NCBI GenBank assembly: GCA_963667845.2
Contig: CAXXVL010000002.1
Location: 512,001 to 576,000, forward strand
Source of the DNA: Smithellaceae bacterium
GTDB taxonomy: Bacteria > Desulfobacterota > Syntrophia > Syntrophales > Smithellaceae
Reading direction: 5' to 3'
DNA length: 64,000 nt
The first letter of the stretch is position 1; the number at the start of each line of letters is the position of its first letter. A program made the position numbers and the translations under genes. Positions 1 to 10,374 of the stretch are shown here, in pieces. The notes beneath the pieces were generated by a model. That model made no database searches, was not told where the DNA came from, and saw only the letters and a list, made by a program, of their open reading frames with translations.

Positions 1-19
1 TACGCCGGAACACCACAAG

Positions 20-754
20 ATGTATGTAAAAGTGTGCGCCGAAGAAAAAGTGGCCGGCATTGAATTTTCCGGCACGCCGCTGGATAAGGTGGCCGGCATG
101 GAAGCGGTTGATATGTTGAAGAAGGCAGGCGTGAAAATGTTTCACAAAGTCGGCGCGGTCCGGCACGCCGTGCATGCGGATAAAATCGGATTTGACGGCA
201 TTTACGCAGCAGGCATCGAGGAAGGCGGCCATCCGCTCAATGACGATGTGACCTCCATGGTGCTCACACCACGCATCGTTGACTCGGTCAAGATTCCCGT
301 TGTCACCGTGGGCGGCATCGCGGACGGCCGAACGATGGCGGCGGCGCTGGCGTTGGGCGCAGAAGGCGTGATGATGGCCAGCCGCTTCATTGCCACGAAG
401 GAATGCGAAGTACACGAAAACGTCAAGCAGGAGCTGATCCGCCGGCAGGAATTCGATACGGTGATCTACGGCAAGTCCATCGGCCTGCAGGGACGCGGCC
501 TCAGGTCCAAAGTCATTGAAGAAGTGCTGGCTATTGAAGCGCGCCATGGCGGATTCGAAGAACTGATCCCTCTGCTCTCCGGACAGAAGGTAAAAGAAGC
601 CTGGGAAACGGGCGATTGCGATTATGCTCCGCTCATGGTCGGCCAGTCCATCGGCCTGATTCACGATATCCCCACCTGCCGGGAATTGCTCGAAAGAATG
701 GCTGCCGAAGCGAAAGCGTGCTCGGCCCGGACAGTAAAGCTTTGTGGAAATTGA
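20..754 (+). CDS. Nitronate monooxygenase / FabK-like flavoprotein (probably 5'-truncated by window edge)
   Basis: EEGGH, GGIADGR, GAEGVMMASRFIAT and GQSIGLIHDIPT motifs of the NMO/FabK family. Confidence 0.85.
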   Translation: MYVKVCAEEKVAGIEFSGTPLDKVAGMEAVDMLKKAGVKMFHKVGAVRHAVHADKIGFDGIYAAGIEEGGHPLNDDVTSMVLTPRIVDSVKIPVVTVGGIADGRTMAAALALGAEGVMMASRFIATKECEVHENVKQELIRRQEFDTVIYGKSIGLQGRGLRSKVIEEVLAIEARHGGFEELIPLLSGQKVKEAWETGDCDYAPLMVGQSIGLIHDIPTCRELLERMAAEAKACSARTVKLCGN

Positions 755-794
755 TCAATAAAAGTCGATAAGACGTAAATCATAAGGAGAAACT

Positions 795-1832
795 ATGAAA
801 ACACGAATTACTGAAATGGTCGGCATCAAGGTTCCGATTGTGCTTTCCGGCATGAGCTGGATCAGCACGCCGAAGATGGTCGCGGCGGTATCCAACGCCG
901 GAGGCCTGGGCATCCTGGCGACGGGACCGCTGTCTAGCGATCAAACCCGCGAAGCCGTTCGCGAAATCAGGACGCTCACGGACAAACCCTTCGGCGCCAA
1001 CGCGTCGCTGATGTTTCCGGGAGCGGCGGAAAACGCGAAAGTCCTTCTGCAGGAAAAAGTGCCCGTAATTAATTTCGCGCTGGGCAAAGGCGACTGGATT
1101 GTGAAGGAAGCCCACAAGTACGGCGGAAAAGTTTTTGCCACCGTGGTCAACCTGAAGCATGCCAAACGCGCCCAGGATTTCGGAACGGACGCAGTCATCG
1201 CAACAGGCCAGGAGGCTGCGGCGCACGGTGAGGATGTCACGTCCCTGGTGCTGATCCCCCATCTGGCTGAAAATCTGAAAATCCCCGTCATCGCAGCGGG
1301 CGGTTTTGCCGACGGCCGGGGTATCGCAGCGGCTTTGGCCTTAGGCGCCGAAGGCGTCGCCATGGGAACGAGGCTCATGACCACGAAGGAAAGTCCGCTT
1401 CATGAAAACTATAAGAAGCTGGCCCAGGAAAAGGAAGTCTACGACACCCTGTTCTCCAAGCGCTTCGACGGCATTTTATGCCGGGTCATGAAAACCGATG
1501 CGGCGAAAAGAGCCGTCAGGAAGGGACTCAGCTGGCCGGCGGCGTTCTTCAACTCTCAGGAAATCGCCAAACAGGTCAACGTGCCCTACTTTAAACTGTT
1601 TTTAGGCGTGCTGGCGTCCGGTTATTCGAATGCGAAACAGCTGGCATTTATGGCCAATGCTTTCAAAGCCATTAAAGTGGCGACCGAAGACGGCGATGCA
1701 AAAACGGGCGTCCTGCCGGTGGGCCAGGTGCAAGGGTTGATTCATGATATGCCGACCGTCGCGGAACTGTTTGATCGCATTGTCAAGGAAGCAAAAGCCG
1801 CGCAGTCGAAGGTCAATGCGGCGCTTGATTAA
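795..1832 (+). CDS. Nitronate monooxygenase / FabK-like flavoprotein (tandem paralogue)
   Basis: AAVSNAGGLGIL, AAGGFADGRG, GQVQGLIHDMPT; SD aaggag upstream. Confidence 0.88.
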   Translation: MKTRITEMVGIKVPIVLSGMSWISTPKMVAAVSNAGGLGILATGPLSSDQTREAVREIRTLTDKPFGANASLMFPGAAENAKVLLQEKVPVINFALGKGDWIVKEAHKYGGKVFATVVNLKHAKRAQDFGTDAVIATGQEAAAHGEDVTSLVLIPHLAENLKIPVIAAGGFADGRGIAAALALGAEGVAMGTRLMTTKESPLHENYKKLAQEKEVYDTLFSKRFDGILCRVMKTDAAKRAVRKGLSWPAAFFNSQEIAKQVNVPYFKLFLGVLASGYSNAKQLAFMANAFKAIKVATEDGDAKTGVLPVGQVQGLIHDMPTVAELFDRIVKEAKAAQSKVNAALD

Positions 1833-1899
1833 TCCGGCATTGCCGAAAACCGCCAAAAGGGCTATGATGCGTCCATAAAAAATTGAAGGGAGTACTTTT

Positions 1900-2358
1900 A
1901 TGTCAATCGCATCGGCAGTAGAAAGCATGAAACAGCATATCGGGAAAGAAGTCTTCGTTTCCGATTGGACCCAGGTAACCCAGGAACAGATTAACAAATT
2001 CGCGGACGCCACAATGGATCATCAGTGGATTCATGTGGATGTGGAAAAAGCCGCCAAAGGACCGTTCGGGCACACCATAGCCCACGGCTTTCTGACACTG
2101 TCGCATCTTCCTTTCTTCAGCTACCAGGTGCCGCTGAAATTTGAAGGTGCCAAAATGTCCATTAATTACGGCCTGGACAAAGTCCGGTTTCTCAACCCGG
2201 TGGCTTCCGGTTCTAAAATCCGCGATCGGATTGTCTTGAAGTCACTGGAAGAAAAACCGGGAAACCGCCTGCTGATGACGCAGGTTCATACCATTGAAAT
2301 CGAAGGGCAGGACAAGCCGGCCTGCATCGCCGAAGCGTTGGGAATGATCTTCTTCTAG
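1900..2358 (+). CDS. MaoC-family dehydratase
   Basis: FADATMDHQWIHVD and IAHGFLTLS hydratase motif; NYGLDKVRF. Confidence 0.9.
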   Translation: MSIASAVESMKQHIGKEVFVSDWTQVTQEQINKFADATMDHQWIHVDVEKAAKGPFGHTIAHGFLTLSHLPFFSYQVPLKFEGAKMSINYGLDKVRFLNPVASGSKIRDRIVLKSLEEKPGNRLLMTQVHTIEIEGQDKPACIAEALGMIFF

Positions 2359-2363
2359 CACAA

Positions 2364-2418
2364 TCGAGTAGGGAACGGTCTCTTAACTTTGAGGTTATCG
2401 CGACCGTTCCCTACTCGA
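2364..2418. repeat. 17-bp inverted repeat, GTAG-type REP-like palindrome
   Basis: tcgagtagggaacggtc (2364-2380) / gaccgttccctactcga (2402-2418). Confidence 0.6.
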
Positions 2419-2509
2419 CAAATCAATGATTCAAGTTGGCCTCTCTTCTCGAAATACGCAGGGCCTAACGGCGGAGCCTTTTACAAAGTCATCTTCTCAC
2501 GGTGAATGA

Positions 2510-2543
2510 AAAAGCGGCGAACCGAAATCGGTTCGCCGCTTTT
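2510..2543. terminator. Bidirectional intrinsic terminator between convergent genes
   Basis: aaaagcggcgaaccga-aa-tcggttcgccgctttt perfect hairpin with A/T tracts on both sides. Confidence 0.8.
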
Positions 2544-2578
2544 ATTTTTTTGAATAAATCACCTTTCACCGGGCGGAA

Positions 2579-3553
2579 TCAGTTGCGGCTGGTCTGGAAG
2601 GTGATAATCTTCTGCCCGGCGTTTCGGGTGATTCTGCCTTCGCCCTCCAGATAACGCAAATGCGCAATGGCCTCTCCGGTGGCAAACCATTTCTGGGCGA
2701 TGGGAAAATCCTCCCAGGTCTCGCAATCGATGTCCCAGGTCATGCCGGCGGCAATATTGTATGCGTTTAGTGCTTCACCGCCCAGAACATGCATCACTTC
2801 GTCGGCACGCTCCCGGTGGTGGATTTTCAATTCATCAATCCTGTTTTTGAGATTGCCCAGAAAATTCCGGTGCCCCGGCAAGACCAGGTCGACGGGCAGG
2901 TTGGCTACCTTGTCCAGGCTGGCCATATAATCGGCAAGAGAATTCGTCGTGTAGGCCCAGGACTCAATGTGCGGTGTGATATCAAAAAGAACGTGATCGC
3001 CGGAGAAAAAGACTCTCTTGTCTTTTTCGTACAGACAGATATGCCCCTGCGTATGCCCCGGCGTGGCCAGGCATTGCAGACGGTAACCGCCGCATTCGAT
3101 TACGTCGCCGTCATCAATTAATGTAAAAACCGGCTTGGTTTCCGGACTGTATTTGAATCCGGGATGACTGTTGAGCGCCTTTTGCAGCTCATCCGCGGGA
3201 AAGCCGTTGATTTCGGCAAAGTCGATGAGGGGCTGCCAGCTGTTGTCTTCGTCGAACACCTGCGAATCAATCCGGCTGAAATATATTTTACTCGTCGCCG
3301 TCGCCAGCCGCGACACGAGGCCCGTATGATCGGCATGCATGTGGGTCAGCATGAAATCCGTCCGGGAAAGATCGATCCCGAGCTCAGTCAACCCCTGCTG
3401 CATCGCTTCATAACATACGGGACGATTGAAGCCGGTATCAATGATCAGATTGCGGTTGTCGCCTTTGATAATATAAGAATTCAAGTCCTTGAGCGGACTG
3501 TTCGGCAGGGGCACGACAATCCGATAAAGATCTTTCATGATTTCATCCGCCAC
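2579..3553 (-). CDS. MBL-fold metallo-hydrolase
   Basis: THMHADH, TPGHT, SGDH and PGH metal-binding motifs. Confidence 0.9.
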   Translation of the reverse strand: MADEIMKDLYRIVVPLPNSPLKDLNSYIIKGDNRNLIIDTGFNRPVCYEAMQQGLTELGIDLSRTDFMLTHMHADHTGLVSRLATATSKIYFSRIDSQVFDEDNSWQPLIDFAEINGFPADELQKALNSHPGFKYSPETKPVFTLIDDGDVIECGGYRLQCLATPGHTQGHICLYEKDKRVFFSGDHVLFDITPHIESWAYTTNSLADYMASLDKVANLPVDLVLPGHRNFLGNLKNRIDELKIHHRERADEVMHVLGGEALNAYNIAAGMTWDIDCETWEDFPIAQKWFATGEAIAHLRYLEGEGRITRNAGQKIITFQTSRN

Positions 3554-3625
3554 AGGTGAGCCTCCTTAAGAGCTGCATTCGAGTTCCATTTTCACGGGTC
3601 GCGTGAGGTTGGTATCGATGATCTT

Positions 3626-5479
3626 TCATTCTTCCTTCGAGTCTTCCGATGCCGGCTCCGGAGCGAAGATATCGCCGCTCAGTTCCACGGGATAAAATTC
3701 ATCCGGCAGAGCCGTAACGATTTTCAATGGTTTCTCAGGGAATCGGGCCGATTGGGCCGATGAAATCGGCGTCGGCATCGTGATGGCCGGTATTCCGGGG
3801 ATAACGGACGCGGACAATATATTTTCCACCGGCTCCGCAACCTTTTTCTTCCGGTGACGGGAGCGGCGCCGCGCTTTCTTTTTCGGGCTTTCTTCCGTGT
3901 CGCTTGCCGGTTCCATGTCTGTCTTCAGATCGCACACCACGTCCGGTTCCGTTTCTTCAGCGAGCGTTAACAACGGAACGCCCTGCACGGCGCTGACTTC
4001 CAGCGTCTCTTCTTTGACGGATTGCTGAATTTCCAGATTGTCCCACGCTATATCCGATCGGCCTTCAATGGCGATACAGACGCCGAATGTCGTCTCCAGC
4101 TTCAGAAGTTCGCTTCTTTTATTATTCAGGATATACAGGGCAATTTCATGCGGCAGGCTGACCTTCAACTCCGAGTAAACGCCCTTGACCGCCTCCGATT
4201 CAATCTTGCGAAACGCTCCCAGAGACACATATTCCAGGGAGGGTCGCAGCCCGCTGCCCTTGCAGTACGGGCAAGTAATATAGCTGATTTCCTGAATCGT
4301 GGATTGCTTCTTCTGCCGGGATAATTCCAGAAGACCGAATTTGGAAATGCGGGAGAGCTGGATTCGGGCTCTGTCCATACTCAGGGCCTTCTTGAACGCC
4401 TTTTCCACCTCCGCGTTATGCTTCTTATCAATCATATCGATAAAGTCGATCACGATTAAGCCGCCAAGATCGCGCAATCTGAGCTGGCGGGCAATTTCCT
4501 CACAGGCATCGACATTGGTTTTGAAAGCCGTTTCTTCGATATTTCTTTTATTGGAGCCGCGGCCGGAATTGACATCGATCGTGATCATGGCTTCCGTCGG
4601 ATTGATGATGATATAGCCGCCGGATTTCAATTCTACGCGCTCCTGGTAGATCACCCGGATCTGTTCTTCCAGGCCGTACTGTTCAAAAATCGGCACCTTT
4701 TCTTTATATTGCTTCAGAATCCTCAAGTGACGCGGCGCAACGGCCTTTAAATAAGCGCGCATTTTACGAAAGGCCTCGACCTCATCGACCAGGATTTCAT
4801 CGATTTCCAGCGTCAGATAGTCTCTGAGCGATCTCACGCCGAAGTCCGTTTCCTGATAAAGAAAATAAGGGGCGGAGACGCTTTCGGCTTTTTTGTAGAT
4901 CTCCTTCCACAACCGCATGAGAAACTGGTAATCGCGCTGGATCTCCTGTTTGGTGCGGTTGATGCCCGCGGTCCGGACAATAAAACCCATGTCTTCGGGA
5001 ACCTTGATCTGCTCCATGAGGGATTTGATCTTCTGGCGGTCTTCTTCGCTTTCTATCTTGCGCGAAATGCCGCCGCAGAGTTTATTCGGGAGTAAGACAA
5101 GATATCTTCCGGGCAGGGAAATGTAAGCTGTCAGCAAGGCGCCCTTATTGCCGATGACTTCCCGAACGACCTGGACGATAATTTCCTGACCGGCCTTGAG
5201 GACAGGCTTGCCGCCTCCCTGACCGTTTTCCGGTTCAGTCAGATAGTCCGGGCTCACGTCGCGAAGCGGAAGAAATCCGTCCTTGACGCCGCCGTAGTCG
5301 ACAAAAGCGGCTTGCAGGCCTCGTTCGACCTTCAGCACCTTGCCTTTGTAAATATTGCCGGTAATCGGCTCACGCACAGCCATTTGAATATTGAATTCAA
5401 TGAGCTTGCCTTTTTCGTCAACAGTGGCCATGCGCATCTGTTCCTTGTGCACGGCGTTAACGAGCATGATGTGTTTCAT
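3626..5479 (-). CDS. rne: Ribonuclease E/G family
   Basis: S1 domain GNIYKGKV..AAFVDYG, IDVNSG, RLRDLGGLIVIDFIDM, CPYCKGSG zinc link, disordered C-tail. Confidence 0.93.
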   Translation of the reverse strand: MKHIMLVNAVHKEQMRMATVDEKGKLIEFNIQMAVREPITGNIYKGKVLKVERGLQAAFVDYGGVKDGFLPLRDVSPDYLTEPENGQGGGKPVLKAGQEIIVQVVREVIGNKGALLTAYISLPGRYLVLLPNKLCGGISRKIESEEDRQKIKSLMEQIKVPEDMGFIVRTAGINRTKQEIQRDYQFLMRLWKEIYKKAESVSAPYFLYQETDFGVRSLRDYLTLEIDEILVDEVEAFRKMRAYLKAVAPRHLRILKQYKEKVPIFEQYGLEEQIRVIYQERVELKSGGYIIINPTEAMITIDVNSGRGSNKRNIEETAFKTNVDACEEIARQLRLRDLGGLIVIDFIDMIDKKHNAEVEKAFKKALSMDRARIQLSRISKFGLLELSRQKKQSTIQEISYITCPYCKGSGLRPSLEYVSLGAFRKIESEAVKGVYSELKVSLPHEIALYILNNKRSELLKLETTFGVCIAIEGRSDIAWDNLEIQQSVKEETLEVSAVQGVPLLTLAEETEPDVVCDLKTDMEPASDTEESPKKKARRRSRHRKKKVAEPVENILSASVIPGIPAITMPTPISSAQSARFPEKPLKIVTALPDEFYPVELSGDIFAPEPASEDSKEE

Positions 5480-5573
5480 AGTTGTTCCTTTTCGGCTGCA
5501 TCTCCGGTCACACGCTCAGGAAGGAACTAAACGTCCGACCGACACGTAACCTGCCTGATGCAGCTTTGTATAT

Positions 5574-6179
5574 TTACATAAAGGCGCTTACGTCGCCTTT
5601 TCCTTTTCTAATCACTTCAATCGTGTCATCAACGAGACTGATGATACTGGACGGTTCGGGAACAATCGTTCCGCCGTCAATAATCAAATCGACGATCCGC
5701 CCGAAATACTCGTTGATGATCGCGGGATTACCCAAATCTTCTCCCTCGAGCGTCTGCACGCTCGTGCTGATGATAGGCTGGCCGAGTTCGCGGATTAAAG
5801 CAAGACAAATTTCATTTGCCGGCACACGGATACCGGTGGTCGGCCGCTTCGGCAAAATCATTTTCGGTACAAGGCGCGATGCTTCCAAAATAAATGTATA
5901 AGGCCCCGGCAAGAACCGTTTCATGGTTTTATACGCATAATCCGTGACCAGGGCATACTGGCTGATATGTTTAAGATCGGAGCAGACGAAACTGAGTGGT
6001 CGTTTCTTATTTCTTCTTTTAATCTCGTAAATTCTTTCAATACCTTTCTTATTGGATAAATCGCAGCCCAACCCGTAAACCGTATCCGTGGGATAGATGA
6101 TAACACCGCCGTCCCTCAACACATCCGTTGCCTTTTTAATGAGGCGCATTTGCGGATTCTGGCCGTTTATGGATAACAC
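5574..6179 (-). CDS. L-threonylcarbamoyladenylate synthase family (YrdC/Sua5/YciO)
   Basis: YPTDTVYGLGC, LPGPYTFIL, GIRVP, PSSII motifs. Confidence 0.88.
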   Translation of the reverse strand: MLSINGQNPQMRLIKKATDVLRDGGVIIYPTDTVYGLGCDLSNKKGIERIYEIKRRNKKRPLSFVCSDLKHISQYALVTDYAYKTMKRFLPGPYTFILEASRLVPKMILPKRPTTGIRVPANEICLALIRELGQPIISTSVQTLEGEDLGNPAIINEYFGRIVDLIIDGGTIVPEPSSIISLVDDTIEVIRKGKGDVSAFM

Positions 6180-6266
6180 CGTCGGAGCCCCCGTTTCAAT
6201 CTTTTATTTATATCATAATTCTAAGATTTAGCAATGGCTGCAAACGGTTTTTAGAGAAAGTATTCG

Positions 6267-7844
6267 TTACCTCTTTTTCTTATCTTTGCTGAGCTTGTAT
6301 TCGATACTGTCGATCAGCGCCTGCCAGCTGGCTTCAATAATATTTTCGGAAACGCCCGTTGTGCTCCAGAGCTCGGACCCATCCGTCGAATCCAAGAGCA
6401 CCCGGACGCCCGCCGCCGTGCCCTCCGAACCCTCCAGCGTGCGCACCTTAAAATCAACCAGGTGCATTTCCCGGATCTGCGGATAGAACTTGGTCAGGGC
6501 CTTGCGCAGGGCGTGGTCGAGCGCATTCACCGGACCATTCCCTTCAGCAGCCGTCAATTCCTCCTCACCGCCTACGGAGATCTTGATCGTCGCCTGCGAA
6601 AGACAGGGATTATCCAGAGTGCGCGACGTGACCACGCTGAAGCACTCCAGATTAAACGGCTCTACAAACTCACCGATGGCCTTCTTCATCAAAACCGACA
6701 AAGATCCGTCGGCTGCATCAAACTGATACCCCTTATCTTCCATCAGTTTCACCTGATGAACGACTTTACCCAGGGCATTCTTCTTGTCCAGGTCAATCCC
6801 CAACGCCTTGGCTTTATAGGCAATGTTGCTTTTACCGGCCATGTCGGAAACCAGCACGCGCCGGCTGTTGCCGACAAGCTCGGGCTGCATGTGCTCATAG
6901 GCCGCCGAATTCTTAGTAACGGCGCTGACATGCACGCCGCCTTTGTGCGCAAAGGCGCTGCGCCCCACGAATGGTCGCGACATCAACGGCGGGATATTGG
7001 CCACATCGCTGATAAACAGGGAAAGATTCGTGAGCTGACGGATCGATTCCACAGGCAGGCAATTCATTTTCAGCTTGATTTGCAGATTGCCGATCAGCGA
7101 AATCAAATCGGCATTTCCGCAACGCTCGCCGTAACCATTGATGGTCCCCTGAATCATTTTAACGCCTCCCAGGACCGCAGCGATGGAATTGGCCACAGCC
7201 AGTCCGCAATCGTTGTGGACATGAATTCCTGAAGCCGCCGGAGGAATGGTTAAAAAGATTTTCCCGAGAATGTCGCTTATCTCATGGGGCATCGTTCCTC
7301 CGTTGGTATCGCAGAAAACAATTTTATCGGCACCCGCATCCAGCGCTGTTTTTACAACCCGGGTTGCATATCGCGGATTATTCTTGTAGCCGTCAAAAAA
7401 ATGCTCGGCATCAAAAAGCACTTCTTTGCCTTTTGATTTTAGATAAGCAATGGAATCGCGGATCATGGACAAATTCTCTTCCAGGTCGATTTTCAGAATA
7501 TCCGTGACATGCAGATCCCAGGATTTTCCGAAAATGGCCACGGCCGGCGTTTCAGCCTTGATCAGAGCTTTCAGGTTCGGACAGGTTTCGGGGCGGATAT
7601 ACGGCTTGCGCGTGGAGCTGAACGCGGTCAATTTGGCATTCTTGAATTTCACGGCTTTCGCCATTTCAAAGAAACGCAAGTCCTTGGGATTGGACCCGGG
7701 CCATCCGCCTTCAATATAATGGAAATGAACTTCATCAAGCCGCTTTGCAATGCGCAGCTTTTCTTCGGCGGAAAAAGTTACCTGCTCACCCTGGGTGCCG
7801 TCACGGAGCGTTGTATCATAAATTAAGATCTGGTTCTTTGTCAT
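6267..7844 (-). CDS. cimA: Citramalate synthase
   Basis: YDTTLRDGTQGE, EGGWPGSNPKD, DAEHFFDGY, GYGERCGNA, AFAHKGGVH; start placed at MTKNQ (ORF track extends to 7880). Confidence 0.92.
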   Translation of the reverse strand: MTKNQILIYDTTLRDGTQGEQVTFSAEEKLRIAKRLDEVHFHYIEGGWPGSNPKDLRFFEMAKAVKFKNAKLTAFSSTRKPYIRPETCPNLKALIKAETPAVAIFGKSWDLHVTDILKIDLEENLSMIRDSIAYLKSKGKEVLFDAEHFFDGYKNNPRYATRVVKTALDAGADKIVFCDTNGGTMPHEISDILGKIFLTIPPAASGIHVHNDCGLAVANSIAAVLGGVKMIQGTINGYGERCGNADLISLIGNLQIKLKMNCLPVESIRQLTNLSLFISDVANIPPLMSRPFVGRSAFAHKGGVHVSAVTKNSAAYEHMQPELVGNSRRVLVSDMAGKSNIAYKAKALGIDLDKKNALGKVVHQVKLMEDKGYQFDAADGSLSVLMKKAIGEFVEPFNLECFSVVTSRTLDNPCLSQATIKISVGGEEELTAAEGNGPVNALDHALRKALTKFYPQIREMHLVDFKVRTLEGSEGTAAGVRVLLDSTDGSELWSTTGVSENIIEASWQALIDSIEYKLSKDKKKR

Positions 7845-8019
7845 TTGTTCCTCTCTTTCAACCACGGGGATAAATCCCAAAGCAAGCTTTGGGAATATTT
7901 ATTGTGCCCTCCGCTTTGCGGGATTGTTCAACTTACCAATTCCGACGCGTGACCTTCAGGTCATCAGGTGGTCAGGCTATCAGGTCAGGCGCTTCGCTTT
8001 CGGAATTGGAGTTTCACAC

Positions 8020-8053
8020 AAAAAAACCGCTGCCGGTTTACCTGGCAGCGGTT
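8020..8053 (-). terminator. Attenuator terminator upstream of cimA
   Basis: Minus strand aaccgctgcc-aggtaaacc-ggcagcggtt followed by a U tract, between leader ORF and cimA. Confidence 0.8.
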
Positions 8054-8080
8054 GGGAATTTCGTTTATGGAAATATACAG

Positions 8081-8158
8081 CTATTCCACGGCCAGGCCTC
8101 CTATGGGGAAGCTAATTATAATGTTAATAATTATTGCTGCTGCTCTGTGGATGATCAT
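8081..8158 (-). CDS. Ile-rich leader peptide of cimA (MIIHRAAAIIINIIISFPIGGLAVE)
   Basis: 25-codon ORF with 9 Ile, aggtg SD-like sequence, ending just before the terminator hairpin; below the ORF-track size cutoff. Confidence 0.8.
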   Translation of the reverse strand: MIIHRAAAIIINIIISFPIGGLAVE

Positions 8159-8361
8159 ACGCACCTAACCATTAAATAACTAATTTTTCTGCATATTAAT
8201 TTTTCTGCTGGAGTTTGTCAATCAAAATTATTGACATGAGATGTTTTCTTGGAAAAATTTATAATCGATGGTAAACATAAAGGAAAAAGGAAAGATGCAT
8301 TTTTGGGCAGAAGAGCGAATCGTCTTCACGCCTCTGCCGAAGCAACCCTTCCTAATCAGGA

Positions 8362-10356
8362 ATGCCCGTGGACGGACTGAAATTTTTTCATCAATTAATT
8401 ATTATTCTCGGCTTCTCCATACCGGTTATCTATGTCTTTAATAAAATCAAACTGCCTTCCATCATCGGTTTTCTCATCACCGGCATCATCATCGGGCCGT
8501 TTGGCTTAAAACTGATCGATGATCTAGCCGGCATTCAGCTTCTGGCCGACATCGGCGTCGCTTTCCTGCTTTTCACCATCGGCATCGAGATTCGGCTATC
8601 CCGCTTCTTGAAGCATCTATCCGAGATTCTCCTCACGGGCGGATTGCAGATTTTGTGCACGTTTATCGTGGGGATGGCCATCGGGCTTTCGCTGCAGCTC
8701 AGTATCAGCCAGTCGGTTTTCATCGGTTTCATCCTGGCGCACAGCTCCTCGGCGCTCATTCTGAAGATTCTCAAAGACCGGGATGACGAAGCGTCTCCTC
8801 AGGGCCGCATTTCAATCGGCGTCATTATTTTTCAGGACATGATGGTCGTGCCGATGATGCTCCTGATCCCGTTTCTGGCAGGGAGCAGCGGACCCGACGC
8901 TCTGATGATCATCTGGAAACTGGTCAAATCCATCCTGATTATCGTCTGCATTCTGGCCGCGGCGCGCTACGTTATACCGTTCGTCCTGGAACGTCTGGTC
9001 AGCATGAACATGCGCGACGTCCTGGTCATTGCCTCCGTCGTCATCACGATGGGCATCGCCTGGATTACGGAGTCCCTGGGGCTCTCGCTGGCGATCGGTG
9101 CGTTTCTGGCCGGGCTGGCCTTATCAGATACGGATTTCACCCACCAGATCATCAGCGACATCAGTCCGTTTCGAGATGTCTTCCTGTCCGTGTTTTTCGT
9201 CGCTTTCGGCATGATCCTGAACCTGGATTTTCTTAAAGCTAACACCGGCTATATCCTCTTGACCTCGCTCCTGATCATCATGATCAAGGCCACCGTTGTC
9301 TTCGGTCTGGTCATGCTGATGAGGTACTCGTTTCGTGCCGCGCTGCTTTCCGGCGTCATGCTGTCCCAGATCGGCGAGTTTTCTTTTGTTCTGGCCTCGC
9401 AGGGCTATAAAAATCAGATCATCTCCGATTACCTTTATCAGACCTTCATCGGAGCCTCCGTGTTGACGTTCATAGTCACCCCTCTTCTGGTTTCGCTGGT
9501 CTATTTCGTATTGGCCCGAAAAAATGTTTTTCATCCATCTCAGCACGACGCAAGCCCGGATAAGCGGATTCACGTGCAAAACCATGTGATCATCTGCGGC
9601 ATGGGCCTTAACGGCCGAAACCTGGTGAAGGTACTGAAAGACACCGCAATTGATTATGCGATTATCGACCTCAATTTTCAGAAAATCAGGAAAGCGAAAA
9701 GCAAGAAAGATAAAAACACGATCTGGGGCGATGCCTCCAGCGTGGAAATACTCCAGCGCGCCAACGTGGAGGCGGCACGCGTGATGGTCATCGCCATTTC
9801 CGACCGTTTTCTCACCAAAAGCTGCCTGGTGAACGCCAAGGCCCTCAATCCCAAGCTGCATGTGATCGTCCGGACGAAATACCTCGCCGATATCGAAGAT
9901 CTGCTTGCTCTGGGCGCCGACGACGTCATCCCTGAAGAATTTGAAACCTCCATTCAAATCTTCAGCCGCGTTCTCAAGATGTTTCACATCCCCAACAGCA
10001 TCATTCTGGCGCAGGGCAACATCATCCGGAATAAATCCTACGGCGTTTTCCGGGACGTGCGCTACACGCAGGAAGCTTTTGATCAGATCAGTCAGATTCT
10101 GGCGCAGGGCACCATCGAGACCTATTACATCGCCGCCGGCAACCCGATCATCGGCAAAAGCATCCGGGAGGTGAATCTCAAAGCCCAATCGGGCGCGCTG
10201 ATCATCAACATCATTCGCGACAACCAGACTATCACCAATCCGCCCAGTGACTTTATCCTCCAGGCAACCGATCAGATGATCATCTTCGGAAGTCATAACG
10301 CAATTGATACGGCTCTCACCATCCTGGACGGGGGCGCCGAAAGCAACGCAGGATAA
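8362..10356 (+). CDS. CPA2/Kef-type cation:proton antiporter with TrkA-N and TrkA-C domains
   Basis: Multi-TM N-half (LFTIGIE, FQD, SQIGEFSFVLA), ICGMGLNGR Rossmann motif, RCK-C tail. Confidence 0.9.
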   Translation: MPVDGLKFFHQLIIILGFSIPVIYVFNKIKLPSIIGFLITGIIIGPFGLKLIDDLAGIQLLADIGVAFLLFTIGIEIRLSRFLKHLSEILLTGGLQILCTFIVGMAIGLSLQLSISQSVFIGFILAHSSSALILKILKDRDDEASPQGRISIGVIIFQDMMVVPMMLLIPFLAGSSGPDALMIIWKLVKSILIIVCILAAARYVIPFVLERLVSMNMRDVLVIASVVITMGIAWITESLGLSLAIGAFLAGLALSDTDFTHQIISDISPFRDVFLSVFFVAFGMILNLDFLKANTGYILLTSLLIIMIKATVVFGLVMLMRYSFRAALLSGVMLSQIGEFSFVLASQGYKNQIISDYLYQTFIGASVLTFIVTPLLVSLVYFVLARKNVFHPSQHDASPDKRIHVQNHVIICGMGLNGRNLVKVLKDTAIDYAIIDLNFQKIRKAKSKKDKNTIWGDASSVEILQRANVEAARVMVIAISDRFLTKSCLVNAKALNPKLHVIVRTKYLADIEDLLALGADDVIPEEFETSIQIFSRVLKMFHIPNSIILAQGNIIRNKSYGVFRDVRYTQEAFDQISQILAQGTIETYYIAAGNPIIGKSIREVNLKAQSGALIINIIRDNQTITNPPSDFILQATDQMIIFGSHNAIDTALTILDGGAESNAG

Positions 10357-10374
10357 TTACATAAGGAGCATGAC

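Noticed and set aside
8300..8345. Riboswitch upstream of the K+ antiporter
   Set aside because: Only a modest hairpin (ggcaga...tctgcc); no recognisable c-di-AMP or other aptamer consensus by eye.
9124..10296. Long antisense ORFs (also 33609-34787, 6462-7232, 49522-50196)
   Set aside because: Shadows of well-supported genes on the opposite strand, with no family motifs.
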